This document shows positions 25,911 to 37,975 of a stretch of DNA of 64,000 nucleotides, piece after piece. A model generated the notes under the pieces. It was not told where the DNA came from and ran no database searches. It saw nothing but the letters and a program-made list of their open reading frames with translations. The stretch's first letter is position 1. Every line of letters begins with the position of its first letter. The position numbers and the translations under genes are program-made. The DNA is from Marsupella aquatica. Its lineage: Eukaryota; Plantae; Marchantiophyta. The DNA lies in assembly GCA_973895155.1 (NCBI GenBank), contig OZ316891.1:30945112-31009111 (forward strand), written 5' to 3'.

Positions 25911-28638
25911 GCTAGACGAGAAACTGGGTAATGAAGACCAAAAACATACTGGCCAAGACTTTTTAGAGTGGAATCTAGCTATTTTTTTGCCACTATAAAA
26001 AGCTCTGCACCTCATCGTTCTCATGACTGTGTTGTTGGGCAGTGCCGCCAACTGCGGTTAGATATCATGGTTAATGGACTGTACTGCGTAGATACAGTCC
26101 TATAGATGGATTGCTGGTCCCCCCCCCAATTAACTCACCGTGGTCAGAATCCCTGTTTCGTCGGTGAATAAATTTCTGCCCTTGGTTTTCTTTGGGGTAG
26201 TTGCTAATAGAACTCTGAGCATAGTCATCCTCAGTGGCGCAGGGCTGGGGAGATGCGAAAGGCGAAAGCAAGATTTTCGAATCTGCTCGGCGAACGAGTG
26301 ATTGGCAAGTGATGAGCAGATGTCGGGGCGCGAACATGGTTAACCGGTGGATGATATTCCGGAGAGCAAGGAACAGTGTGTCGTGTGCATGTCAAGAATT
26401 GGAGCCAGAAGATTCATGTATCTGTGATGATCGACTGCGGATGCGATTCCTCTTATTATTATTCAATCGGAGCGAGTAAAAGCCGGGAAAGGTGGCGGCA
26501 GCAGAATATATCATCCATCACCCGATCACCGTCTGCGACATGATGATCCCAACAGGAGTCCATTCGATCACACCGTCACGTTTGGCGATAATCATCAACT
26601 ACCAGCTCATGGAAAAGAAGTGTACACATAATTGAGACGACGTGCATGCATAGTATATAATCGAGTGAGACGTCTGAAAGCAGCAGTTAATCGGGCACAT
26701 TGAGGAGGGTAGTTTACTGGCGTTTGTACAGGTGACATGACAGTGATCGAGCGAGGCAGCGCCGGAGCAGCAGCAGTGCTGGAATGGTTGAATGGACAAC
26801 GCGGGTTGAGAGAGGGACAAGAGACACAACAGCAACCGCAAATTCATTACATCCATAGCCATAAAATATTAATTAATCAGTTGGGAATGAGTGGGATGGG
26901 ACGTTAATCTCTCATTGTGCTAAAAAGCTAGGGCCTGGCCAGCAACCCAGAAGCAGACATGACGATTCAATGCCAACATGCTTTTGATACTGCTCCGCAA
27001 CAACAGGGAGAATCAATTGAGTTGTTGCAGTACCATTCACTCCAGTACAGGACCGAGGAAGTTCGCTGTTATGTCCATGAATCTCAAGATGGGTCATGAC
27101 TCATGAGGTTGGACCAGTGACGAGGAAAGGATCTTCCTTCACTGTGGTTCTGGTGGTCGTAAAAGAGTACTAGGAGCAGTAACTGAAAAAGGCAGAAGAA
27201 GCGAACTGTCCCTCGTGCGAACCGTAGCCATGACTGTCTTAGCAGGGAAAAAGTCGGAGGAAAATATTTGGTTCCTTTCGATAAATATCTACAGCGATTG
27301 ATTGATTATAACTGCATTGCATGCTCATCAACCTGTAACAATATGCAGCAGTAGTAGAGGGAGGAGAGCACGAGGCGGGGCAACCATCGCCCTGGGCCGT
27401 GATTGCAGTTGTTACGCTACTCCTACCCCACAATATGATGGCTGACTCCTATCATCAACTGCACTGATTCATTGATTGATTATCAGTATGGCAATCGTTG
27501 CTTCTGCCACTGCCTCTCCCACGCCAACCCGGTTGCTCGCGTTCTTTCAAGTCAGGTCACGTATGGTCAGTACTGTAGGTGGGCCTGGTCTGGTCTTGAC
27601 AGGTCCGGTTCAACTGTTCAGCTAAAGGAGAAAAAGAAAAAAAACACGCAGGCAGCAAAATGGGCTTATTGCATGCAGGAATTCTGGTTGGCGCTCCCAA
27701 CGTTTTAATGACCGCCTATCCATCTTGACTAGAGCTCCACGAGGCCACGTCAATCATGGCATTTCTCCCCAAGCCAAGGGAGTGAATATCTCAAGTCCAC
27801 CTAAGCTGCAGTTTCCTACTTAGGTAATTCATCTCAACAAGATTTTGGCTATAGGATAAAGCGCAATTGAAAGCTAGGATGTAGGTGTATCATCTAGAGT
27901 GAAACCTTTACACCGATACTCTGGGGGCCCAACTACTGTTCGGGATTCGGTGGATACTCACCATCTATTTGTGTCCAAAGCTGGGCATTCAGGCTAATTA
28001 AAATAAAATTAATCCAGTCTTAATTTATGTACTAATTTCTCTTGTACTTTGCATTCTTTGGCCTTGTGTGGTGTAAGAGGGTTAGTTTGTTGAGGGTGTA
28101 AAGCAGGCTGAAAAGGTTTCATCTCTACTTCAATTTGACCAGTTTTCCTATGCTTGAGTATGTTGGTCTTTCTTTCCAACATGAATATTCCTCCCAAGGG
28201 GCGTATCATGCAAGTGAAATGAATGTTACGGTTCTTTGCTCTGTTTCTCAGCTTAAGAATTCACAAACTTCCTATAATTCATTTGTAGCACAAACCAGTG
28301 CCGGCACAGTGGTATACATATTCATTGAATTCACATTCCAACAAAAAAACATTTATGTTATTAATGATGTCATCATCAAATCATAACCATTCAATCCAAA
28401 TAACACCTGAATTACCTAACCATATTAACACTCATAATAAGAAAATATTACAATCCTTGCCCCCAGCCTGGCCTCCCTGCCAAAATAAAATGGGAACCTT
28501 GAACATTAACAAACACAACCTCTCCCTTCACAAAGTTCAGCACTAGCAGGCTTTGAAGATGTGGATGAAATACCGTCGTCTGGTCAAGTCCGACTTTTAC
28601 CCAACCAATAATTGCACTTTCATTCCGAGGGCGAAGGA

Positions 28639-28662
28639 GGGGGGGGGGGGGGGGGGGGGGGG
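28639..28662 (+). repeat. G24 homopolymer
   Basis: Direct read of the sequence. Confidence 0.9.
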
Positions 28663-29409
28663 CTCAAGTGTAGAGGGAAACAAAGTACTAGTAACAGAAA
28701 AACTATAGTAGCTTATGGAGGTGGACCATAGCATACCACTATTTAAACATTTATATGAAAGTAAATTCTGGTAGGTAGTTCAACAATTACAACGCCCATT
28801 GCAGGACAGCTCTATGCATGAACCTCCCGACGACTACAAGCATATATAGTATCTTTTATTATCTAATCCAGGACTGAAATAATGCTCTGATGTTGCCTTT
28901 CCGATGTATCAACTCAAAGTAAAAGAACATGATCACCTTTTGACAGATAGATCCTGAGATAGATATGTCCTGGAGTATTTTTCCTAGGGAATAAAATATT
29001 CTAGCAATAGAGGGTAGGGACAGGTTTGGATCCAAAACATGCATCATTGTGTAGATATGGGAAGGTAAGGACAAGGTTTGTTTTACAACTGACATCATTG
29101 TTGTCTAATTAAATAGTAGAATTTTTTCCCCTCATTTTTAGTTTTGTGGCCCACACGTTGAATAGTGAAATAAAAATATTCAGTGACTAGAGTGCATCTC
29201 TAGAGAGATATTTCTTCCCTCAGCAATACCAAACATTCTAATGCAAGCCACCAAGAAAATCTAATATCTCATGGCAGATGGTAAGTCCCATCTTCCTAAA
29301 GTTTCCCGACCAGCCCCAAAGTTATGTGATGTCATCATCTATTGCTTTCTCAATAAGCTGAAATAACTGGTGGGTGAGCTTGTTTAATATTGGGAGGTGT
29401 CCTGTTCAA

Positions 29410-29700
29410 ACCATATTTCAAACTGCCAACAACAAAGAAAACCATATTTCAAACTGCCAACAACAAAGGGCTCCCAACTGGGAGACATGATCCCTCACGC
29501 AAAAGACCCAATGAAGGGGGGACAAGCAAAGGGCCAAGAAAGGCCCAGGAAGCAAAGAAACAAACAACTACTGTAGACCCAAAAACCAAGACCCCAAAAC
29601 CTACCACTCTCAGTAAACTGAAGAGCCTGGTATAACTCCCCTGCATGGGAGGGTCAAGCAAAAGAATCATACTAGGGTCCCTAATAAGACACACACCATA
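29410..29700 (-). mobile_element. Repeat family C, probable LINE/SINE 3' end
   Basis: Reverse-complement homolog of 54060-54340 (GGGAGACATGATCCC..GCAAAA.ACCCAAT.AAG.GGGGACA; GGAGGGTCAAGCAA..GAATC.TACTAG). Classification as a LINE/SINE end is inference. Confidence 0.7.
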
Positions 29701-32700
29701 GGGCAGAAACGAGTCAGGGCCAATTTTAAATAAGGAAAGTGGAGCCTAGCTCAAATGCAACAGCAAGTAGTAATCACTCAAGGACATTTGTTCAAGTTCC
29801 ATGCTTGCTTGCGTCCTGGAGGTGGGGCATAGCACGAGCCGGGTTCCATGGAGGACCCAGGTCCTTGCCTTGTTGGAGGTTCAACTTCCATCCCCGTTTT
29901 GTCCATGCCAGGTCCCTTTTTGGTATGCTCCCGTTACACAAACCTTCTCCCCATTAATCGTGCCCTTTTTTTAGACTTCATTTATTCGGCCTGTATGGAC
30001 AAAGTCGTGATCAATTTGATTCGTAGATATGCTCTGCGCTCCTCGAAAGCATGTGTCAACATTCTTGCAGGGTACTTTCTGTAAGACTGTAACAGCAAAT
30101 TTGAACCAAGCTAAATTTGGAGTAATTAGGAGGTACTTCCACTGGAGAACATGACGCCTAATGGTAGTCTCCACATCGCCTTGATGAGGTTACAGTACCT
30201 ATTTCCGAGCAGAATTTTGTGCCCCTGTGATACATACAACGGGTCACGTCGAGTTTTCTTCGCAATCAAGGCCGGGGAGTCAGGAAAGCTGGTAGAATTC
30301 TGCCCTGAAAAGTGGATTCTCAGGTTCTGCATAATTAGGATGACATTTCCTAATATTACAGAGATTTTCCCAGAAGCTCAACATTCAATTCGGCAGCGCT
30401 AAAATAAGAAGGAATCGGACTCTAATTGGCTTGGGCACCGCGATATGATTCCTGGAGTCGTTTGGGCGTTGAATGCCAGTTCTGAAAGTTTGATCCGGAA
30501 AATACCATGTACAGTACATGAAGGCCGGAGCGGCGCTTGGGGCTGGTGCTCTGATTGATTCGAGCATGGAGGTGATGGATGGAGTGCTTCCTGCGAGTCA
30601 GATCCGGTCCTGTGTAGCAGAGCAGGGTAGATATGACAGAAAGGATCTGTGAATACGACGGCCAATCCATGCATGGACCCAGGAATGCCAACAACGCTGA
30701 AAAGGAGACTAGCAGAAGACCATTTGGCTTATCGAATGAAGCCGCAGCAACTGAGGGGTTGATCTGATTCAACTGTGGTGAGAGTGAGTATGTTCAGGAG
30801 TGGTTTATGGGTACTACTACGACGAGACTCGCGCAGAGTGCCTGAAGTGTGGGGAGAAGATTTGATTTACAGTAGATCCATGAAGGACCGTCTACTTCTG
30901 CTGCGGCCCCGCTGAGCTGAGCTGAGCTGAGCTGCGCACCGGGGTCCTTTGCGTTGGAACAGATTCCTCTCGTGTGAAGGGGATGGATCGAAAATACCTG
31001 CCTGCCCGTCGTACCTGCAAGCGCGCCATACGTAGCCTAAGCATCGGCCAATGCCAGATTCAACGTGCCAAATATTTACGTGATGGGTGCGTCTGAGCTA
31101 GCAAGAAGGCCGGCTCGCAATATTCATCAGATCTAGCTCTCATCAGGTCTCTCGTGGCATGGCCTGCACAGCCAGACTCACGGTTTCCTACTAGGGTAAT
31201 AAGTATCGTGAAGAATGTGAGAACCTTCGAACGAACTGACATTATGAACGTGACCTTGAAAGCAGCGAATTCTGTTCTACCAGAACGACCTCACACTAGT
31301 CTCACACATCCACTCCACCAGCTGTGTTGTAGTCGTGCATGGTGCGGTTTTAAAGTGGTTTCCTACAGTGGGGGAAAAGGTTGGCCTGGAGTGCCGTTGG
31401 GCAAGGAAAAGCGAGCCGGCAGTCAACCTAGAAAAGTTTTGAATCCCGAGATATATCGAAAAGTAGGATTGCATGGTAGTGGCTTGGTCAGAGTGGCATG
31501 GCTGCAGCGAGTGTTCTGCTAATTTGGGTCCTCCCAATTTAGCCCTCTCTTGCCCATTTTATTTTAGGCCAAAGCTTCACAGTAGCGGCTGATCCTGAGC
31601 CAAGCCCCCCTGCTACAGTATGTGCCCATCCTTCCTCCGGATCCAGAATATAACTCACAATAACCGTGAGACTGCCGTGTGATAAATCGTGTAGCTTACC
31701 GCGGAACTTACAGTACACTGTACAGACGGTGCTTACAAAGCCAGAAGCATCAAGAGATTAGACACCCTTCAAAGAATACACCACTGCCACTGTAATCATG
31801 GCATCCTTTTCCAGGAAAAACGAGTGAAACTGCATTTCTTGAGGGCCAAAAAGTAAAAGCGAGTGTAGGACAAATCGGATTTCATTAGTTGTGAATTCAG
31901 TTGTTGGCCGGCTCCTTTCATGGGGACTCAGATCACAGCCAGTATCAGTGGATGCACTACAACCGTGCTCAGATAGATCTATAGCTACAGAGTACTGCCC
32001 CTGAAAATATTCCTGAACTCGTTAATGACCCTTTGGAACATGCAACTCAACGATTTCCACGGTAAATGATCCAGAGTGTGTCAGGTGGTGTTATGCGGCA
32101 GAAGTTAGGTTGCAGCAGAGATGCAGCAGCAGTAGCCTTTGAGCGATCTTTGGTCCCAGAAACTTCACCAACACGATCTGTCACTGTAGACATTTTACAG
32201 GCACTGTCGGCCCATGTAGTATTACGACAAGCAGGTGGTCAATTACAGTACCTCCCTGTACACTATTATTGTTCCCAAACGCGTTGTCTGTGTAAATTTC
32301 CCCCAACGATCTGCTCCCCTTATACAGTGCTAGCAGTCAGCCAGTCAGTCACCTATCGTCAGCCCAGTGTCATCACTCAAAGCAGACGAGTCAGGTATTG
32401 CTTGCGTAGAGTTTCTGAACTGGGTTCAACGACAGATAAAATTTAGAAACACGATCTTCACGGCAGGCGATTCGTTGACAAGAGTGTCAGCCAGAGCAAT
32501 TAATTAATTACAGCTGAAATAATCTTTTTCCTTCCTCGCGTTTCATATTTCATATTTTCTTTGCTGACATATGATTGTACCAACTCCGTTCGAAGGGGCT
32601 AGCGACAGCGGATTAGACTTCTCTCTTCATTCAAGTCGTTGAGACTGTAATGATGGAAAACACAGTGTCTGAAGGAATTGCGAAAAAATCTTGGTACAGA

Positions 32701-34475
32701 ATCTATCTCCGCTTTGCACTTCGCCAGTTTTGATGCATTGCGAAGGACTACTTCTCCGATCATTTCAACCAACATGACTCCCATCTCAGATGTGGGATCC
32801 CCGACACGCGATTCCTGTCCTCGTGACCCACTCTTACTACACCTACTCGCAGCCGTCGACGACGTAATATCGGTCAGTGGTCAGCATGCAGTTTGTTCTC
32901 CAATATGGACCAGTAAAATAAATGTCGTCTGCTTCTGAGAAGCGACCGGCAGGCTAATATTATGGACCGGGCCACCCGAAGTTGCCTCTGCATCTGTGCC
33001 AATGTGCCAAGGCCGCAAGTAGTTGGGATCTGTAGGGTTGGAACTTGGAAGAAAACAACCAACGCTCACGAATTGTGAGTAATAGGTTGTGGACCTTTTC
33101 GCATTGAGGTGCAGTTGGAAGGAAGTCTTTGAAACTGTCGCGGGGCCAGGACACCACGCAACTGACGCTGGGGGCACTAAGAGTTGGGAAGGGATGTGCA
33201 CGTACCAAGAACACGCAGACAAACCGCAACCCACAAACGCCAGCATGCCCGATTTACAGTTACAACCTAATCTACACTAAAAACTACCCTTGCTGGCCGG
33301 CTGGCTGGTGCCGAGACCAAATTCAATAGCAGCTTTTGCAGGTTTGAAAGATCGATCTGCCGAGACATATATTTGAAAACAATGTGTATCCGATATTTAG
33401 TAGTCTTCACGAATTCCCCGCCCGCTCGACCGACGAGGAAAAAAGAAACCGACTGTAACGAACGTGACCTTTTGAAACGATTCAAAGGCCTGCGTAACAA
33501 TAACTCTCCATTTCAGTCCTGGCGTTTCCTCGCTGTGGCTGAAGAACCCAAAGAGAGACGACTCGAAATAAAACCAAAATTTGTGTGGCTTTCCGAGGGT
33601 CGATTGACAATTGCATGCACCAGGTCGCACCAACTGAAAACAAGTCGATATAAGAGAAGTACCACGACGATAGAGAAGCACCCATTAGATAACAGTTTGC
33701 CCAGACTACAACCAGGATCTCATCCACGTACCACAAAGTTTCAGCGCGATAAAGGTCGCCTTCACAAAAAAGGCACGACGATTTATACAACTTGTTCACG
33801 TTGTAATTACCCCTTGAACATCATTGTCTAATAATGCAGACACACATCGACGAAGAGCTCGGATGTCATCGATCGTCTTGAATTTCATGTCCTGATGATT
33901 TAATCGAGGGTAATGCAAAGATCCTTACAGAGTCCCGACCACAAACGTACACAGCTGGTTGAATCCATCGAGAGCACAAACATCCGAATTGTGTGGCAGT
34001 CAGACAATGAAGTCTCGACTAAAAAGAATTTTTTCATGTACAGAGAGAAGCCATACAACATTGGAGGGTGCATACATTGTTCGTGGTCATTGAAAAATGT
34101 GCCTTGAACCAAACTTAAAAACACCCTATTTACACACATGTGTGCTCAGTTGTCCGTCCGCCATCGATCATTACAAGCTATCACGACTACGTGTGGGGAG
34201 TATGGAAAGACTTGCTGTGTAACGGTCTGAAAAGAAATGCGATCGCCGCCCCGCAGCTTCCTGCTGACGAGTATATACCATTTTGACAATTACTATGACC
34301 ATTAATTCATCTAGTGTCTGAGTGTTTAATCCTCGTGTAAGATTTCAGCTCGTGTCCTACTGGTCCTACAATCTATCTACCGTATACTCGAATTGCCCTT
34401 CGAATGTTGGAGGCGCGCTAAAAAAATTCCGCTGAGGGGCTGGATTATCTAACTTGCTGATTGATCTCATCCAAG

Positions 34476-36350
34476 TCATGACATATAGACTTGGACGCTA
34501 GCATTCTTGGCCGATTTGCACACTGGGCAAGAAGCGAGCCGACCATCACAATCCTTACAGAGGCAAAGATGGCGGCATGGTAAGAGAAGGATAGAAATTT
34601 CATTGCAACGGCAAACTCTGCAAGTCCTCTGCTCCTTCAGCTCCTTGTTTTCTCTGAAAGCTCTGGCATGTGCATCGGCCGTATCATCGTGGTGTGAGGA
34701 CGCCGCATCATCGACTTCGCTATCTCCACATCCTTCCTTACCGGCGGCCTGTTGTGCCTGCTGGAGACTGCTCCGGAGGCCAGCAGCCGTGGCCTCGCTA
34801 TTCTTAAACCTGTTCTGCCAGATTTGGGCTTCCATGCTAACCTGATTGACGCGTTCCTCCAGCTCCAGATTCCTGCGTTTAACCTTTTCAACCTCTACAT
34901 CTTTCTCCCTTAACCGCCTCGACACTCCTTCCTCGATGGATGCAATAAGGGCTCTGTAATGGCGCACTCTTTTCTCTTCCAATTGTTGCCTCAATTGCTC
35001 TCCCTGCGATTGATAACAAAGAGTCAGGAAGGACAGCTGGAAAATTCCTAACAGAATCGATAATCAACATCAAACAAGTTCGGAGCAAGAACCCACTGGA
35101 AGTAAACGTTCATTAGCAAGTACAGTGCAGTGGATCGAATCCCGTGAATTCTCACCTGTGCCTTGAAAAATAGGTCAATCTCCTCTTTATGTTGGGCCAA
35201 TTGCGAACCCAAATCGTCACTGACCACCGAGAAGAGGGACGAAGTCACCTCTCCTCTTCCACTGGTTGAAGGAGACGAAGCAGAATTCAGACGATCCTCT
35301 TCAAAGGTGAGCCGTAAGCCGGTAGAGACCGAGCTAGATTGCGGAAGGCCTCCGGTTCCAGATCCATGGCTCTGATGGAAATCCGAAACGTTCAAGATGT
35401 GCTGCCTAGAATTCGCGAGTAGATCGTCGGCCTCCCTTTGTCTCTTCCTGCTTCCTCCAAGCAAATTGCATGCGAGCTCATTGTCGGTTTCGGAGAACAA
35501 GGTCGTATTGATCGCTGTCTGTTGACAGTGGTTGGACACTCCTACTGCATTCCGAGATAGAAAGATTTAGTTAGGACCCTCGCCCTGCTCAAAATTGCCA
35601 GGCTGTAAACGTACATACTGGCTTAGCCACATCAACAACTTCCACGGAGTTGAGGACTAAATTCCAAGAAAGCCCTAGAGTTCCTTCGTGAATTATGTTG
35701 TATCGGTCAATGAACAAGATTGCTCGAGGCCAAGGCGCAATGCTGGCCCTAAGCCACCCAAGCAACCATCATTCAATTGGCTACTGACAATGCATCCAAA
35801 GAATTTACTACACAATCAGTCGAGGAATTTGGCATTACATGGAGTGAAGAGCCTCAATTGATTGGCTGAGGCCGCCGCTGCTGCCGTGGATTGCAGCTGC
35901 TGAAATTCATCCAGATAGGATGTGTTGCCAAATGTGGTGGGAGCTAGAAAGCTACGATGATCTCCACCAAACATTTGTCTTGCCCTGCTGTATACATTCA
36001 AGGGATTTTTCATCAGTCGACTGCAGTTATACCGTTCGGACCAACAAAGGTTTCCCTTCATCAACCTTGCTCGAGAGATTGTCTGAATAAATTTACCCTA
36101 CTAAGCCCTCAAACAACTTGTCGAATTCGCAGAGCATCATGACCCACTTATGACCTGATGGGTGGGGTGAATGAGAAGCTGCAAGACCAGAGAATTCCTC
36201 TCCTGTCCGGCAGTTCAAAATTCACGCCTATCCTAAATCAAAAGCGTCTTTCCGACCACATCCATTGCAAAGCATGAGAGGAAAAGTTATGGACCTGGTG
36301 CGAAAATCGGGCACGAGTACATTCTGTGGATACTGAGCTTGTACAGCCAT
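34476..36350 (-). CDS. BOI: BOI-related (SBP/BRG family) RING-HC E3 ubiquitin-protein ligase, 4 exons, 372 aa
   Basis: Manually spliced as complement(join(34476..35003,35156..35544,35839..35984,36295..36350)) = 1119 nt, with GT-AG introns and consistent phases. N-terminus is MAVQAQYP. Family motifs include VSTGLRL, EEIDLFFKAQ/GEQLRQQLEEKR, a coiled coil (RRNLELEERV...EAQIWQ), EGCGDSEVDDAASS and the C-terminal RING CRVC...LLLPCRHLCLCKDC...CPVC...VQVYMS. The symbol denotes the family, not strict orthology. Confidence 0.95.
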
Positions 36351-37549
36351 CCGTCTAATACTTCTTGGGCCACCAGCAGATTTCCTCCTTTTGTATGAGC
36401 TCCTTCCTCCTTCCTTTGAGGACAACCTAACCGAGATCGAAAGAACCGTGTCTGTGCTACTATCGTCCTATCCAACCGTGGTGTATCGGGCTTCCCCGCA
36501 TAAATCCACTCTGCATCAGCTGTTTACCAAACGTTTCACAGAAAATGTAGACCATCCACCAAACCTCGTGACAACTCCTGCTATGTCGAACCGACCGCTC
36601 CAGTACCACTCCAGCATTCAAATAAATTCCACATGAAATCGCTGCTGTGAAGGGTGTTTCTCATAAAGAAGCTCCAGAGGCAAGAAGATACACCGGTGGG
36701 AACGAACAAACAAAGCGAGCTGGTGTGGTGAGGTCGGGTTTGGTCTGGTCTGGCCGAGCAAGAAGGAAGCGCGCCAACGTGCTTTTACGAAACGGAAGAG
36801 CAGATCATCCAGTCCGAGACGTGATTGGTACAAATCGTAGCTCTGGGATCATATGACCAAGAAACGGCACAGTGGCGGCTGTGGATCGTGATCGGACCGG
36901 GAGGAAAGAAAGAAAGAATGATGAGGAGGGAAGATTCCCTGCGAATTTGAGCTGAGTGTAGTAAAAATCAAGAACAAGGTAGACAGGCCGCGCGAGAAGG
37001 AAAAGGAGTATTTGGACACTTTGCGTGGGGAAGTCGAAAAGAGAGAGAGCGGGAGGGAACGACTTGTTCGTGGATAGATGGAGCACTAGTAAGGCAGGTA
37101 ATGGGTCTCGAGGCTCGAGATGGTTAAGAATTGGGAAGCACGAGTGACTCGTCTTCCAACTGTTATCCGCCTTTCAAATCTCCTCTCCGCTCTGGTGATA
37201 AGTATTAACTCTGTCTGCAGCGGAAGTGGGCCAGTTGTGAACTGTCAGTCTTTCCTCCTTCCGCTTCTTTCTCCGGGGGCGGGTGGGCTTTTCTATCCAC
37301 CTGTCTCTCTAAGTGCTGGGAGGCCGAGATAACATTACTGGTAGAAGTAATAAGGCTCGGACGCTCGCTGGCTGCTCATCACTCCAAGTCAGGAGCAGTG
37401 AGTAGTGGGTCGGGTCTGGCTGCCTAGATTAGTCTGGGTGGCCCAAGTGTGGGAGGAATCATAACACTCGTTCAGCTGCGGCAGCGCACTACAGGGCAGG
37501 AGGGCTGGACGAATAGTCATCACCCAATTCTACCCCAGCAGAGCATATT

Positions 37550-37975
37550 ATCTCTCCTCCCTCTGCTTGCTCTCTCGTCTCTCTCGTCTCTCTCGCTACT
37601 TCCCTGCTCCCCCTCTCCTCACTCTCAGCCTTTTGTTATTCCTTCTTGCCTGCATGCATGCCTACCACGCCTGACTGATGACCTGGGTACATGGAGTAGA
37701 GCGCTGCAATCCCTCGCGTCCTTTCTTCGCCCTGCAGCAATCTCTGCACAATTCTGCGGGATTGCCAGCCTACGCAGCAGACAAAGCCAAGCCTGCCTGC
37801 CTGCCTCCCTGCCTGCCCTGCCCCTATCTTCACGATGCCTATTCCTTTGCACAATCTGTCCACCTAGCTACTCCTACTCCTCCTCCTCCTACTAGTTACT
37901 ACTACTACTACCATACTACACTACACTACTTCTACTATTGCAGCTGCTGCTCCTGCTGCTCCTGCTGCTGTACAC
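37550..37975. repeat. Compound microsatellite / low-complexity tract upstream of the BOI gene
   Basis: (CT)-rich, (GCCT)n, (CTC)n, (CTA)n and (GCT/CCT)n runs in succession. Confidence 0.8.

Noticed and set aside
26071-26337. ORF ending HGELIGGGTSNPSIG, vaguely like a CLE peptide
   Set aside because: It does not fit the 12-aa CLE consensus and has no signal peptide in frame.
30385-30772. Signal-peptide-like stretch and PSAAPAFMYC, faintly like class III peroxidase exon 1
   Set aside because: It needs several frameshifts, and no GCDASxLL or VSCAD motifs follow.
34507-35375. Plus-strand and alternative-frame ORFs overlapping BOI exons
   Set aside because: They are antisense or shadow frames of a real coding sequence.
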